Positions 37,284 through 37,614 of a DNA stretch of 37,614 nucleotides are shown piece by piece. Location of the stretch: the NCBI GenBank assembly GCA_031263105.1, contig JAISGJ010000144.1, positions 1-37,614 of the forward strand, read 5' to 3'. The notes under the pieces are model-generated. The model had not been told where the DNA came from, did no database searches, and worked only from the letters and a program-made list of their open reading frames with translations. The translations under genes and the position numbers were made by a program. The DNA is from Coriobacteriales bacterium. Lineage in GTDB: Bacteria > Actinomycetota > Coriobacteriia > Coriobacteriales > UBA8131. Each line of letters begins with the position of its first letter. Position 1 is the stretch's first letter.

Positions 37284-37380
37284 AAGCACACGTATTATAA
37301 CGCTTTACGCCTCATGGCGCCATACCGGCGTCGGCGTTCTTCCCAACGCGTTCTTCCCGCTCTTCCCGCTCTTCCCAAGT

Positions 37381-37537
37381 GTTCACACCCCACTGTCATT
37401 CCGAGCCCCGCCGAGGAATCTTCGACCGCGCAAGCTGTCGACCGCAGGTCGAAGGGCCCCCTGGCCTGCCGTTGGACACTGCGTGTCCACAGATCCCTCG
37501 GCGGGGCTCGGAATGACAGTGGGAGGCGTACAGTAAC
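37381..37537. repeat. Palindromic MITE/REPIN-like element, copy 6
   Basis: Same arms and three inner hairpins; flanked by the exact 8-bp direct repeat TCCCAAGT (37373-37380, 37538-37545). Confidence 0.9.
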
Positions 37538-37613
37538 TCCCAAGTCCTTCCCAGGTCTCCTGCTTGTCGAGTTCGTCCAGCACCGTCGTGGTCATGTCGT
37601 TCACGGACTGACC
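37383..37613 (-). CDS. Probable 3' end of a gene entering from outside the window and reading into repeat copy 6
   Basis: Frame open to the window edge (GQSVNDMTTTVLDELDKQETWEGLG...) with host-like codon usage; product unidentifiable. Confidence 0.4.
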   Translation of the reverse strand, partial: GQSVNDMTTTVLDELDKQETWEGLGSYCTPPTVIPSPAEGSVDTQCPTAGQGALRPAVDSLRGRRFLGGARNDSGV

Positions 37614-37614
37614 C

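Noticed and set aside
996..37537. CRISPR array interpretation of the recurring palindromes
   Set aside because: Copies are dispersed kilobases apart, lack a repeat-spacer period, and no cas genes are present.

Overview
High-GC bacterial window, most likely from an anaerobic Coriobacteriia/Eggerthellaceae-type actinobacterium (inferred from gene content). The left two-thirds is an anaerobic-respiration island with three paralogous Tat-exported molybdopterin (DMSO reductase family) operons (catalytic subunit, 4x[4Fe-4S] subunit, NrfD/PsrC anchor). Each sits beside a different regulator (tandem MarR, LysR, GntR). Two operons carry an extra two-gene module: a small membrane-anchored protein with two CP-x-GC-x4(6)-CH motifs and a His-rich cytochrome b-like protein. 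The island shows rearrangement scars: a near-identical 108-bp duplication of the deoC 3' end bracketing 8.5 kb, fused relic gene fragments, a truncated YafQ toxin and a 166-bp palindrome. The right third holds a ferrosome-like FezA/FezB (P1B-6 ATPase) pair, a Tat-lipoprotein fumarate-reductase-type flavoprotein, a TetR-ABC exporter, ApbE, an orphan hybrid histidine kinase and mntP under a yybP-ykoY riboswitch. Six copies of a ~160-200 bp multi-hairpin element with GTTAC...GTAAC ends and apparent 8-bp target duplications are scattered through the window. No rRNA, tRNA, CRISPR array, integrase or transposase was seen.
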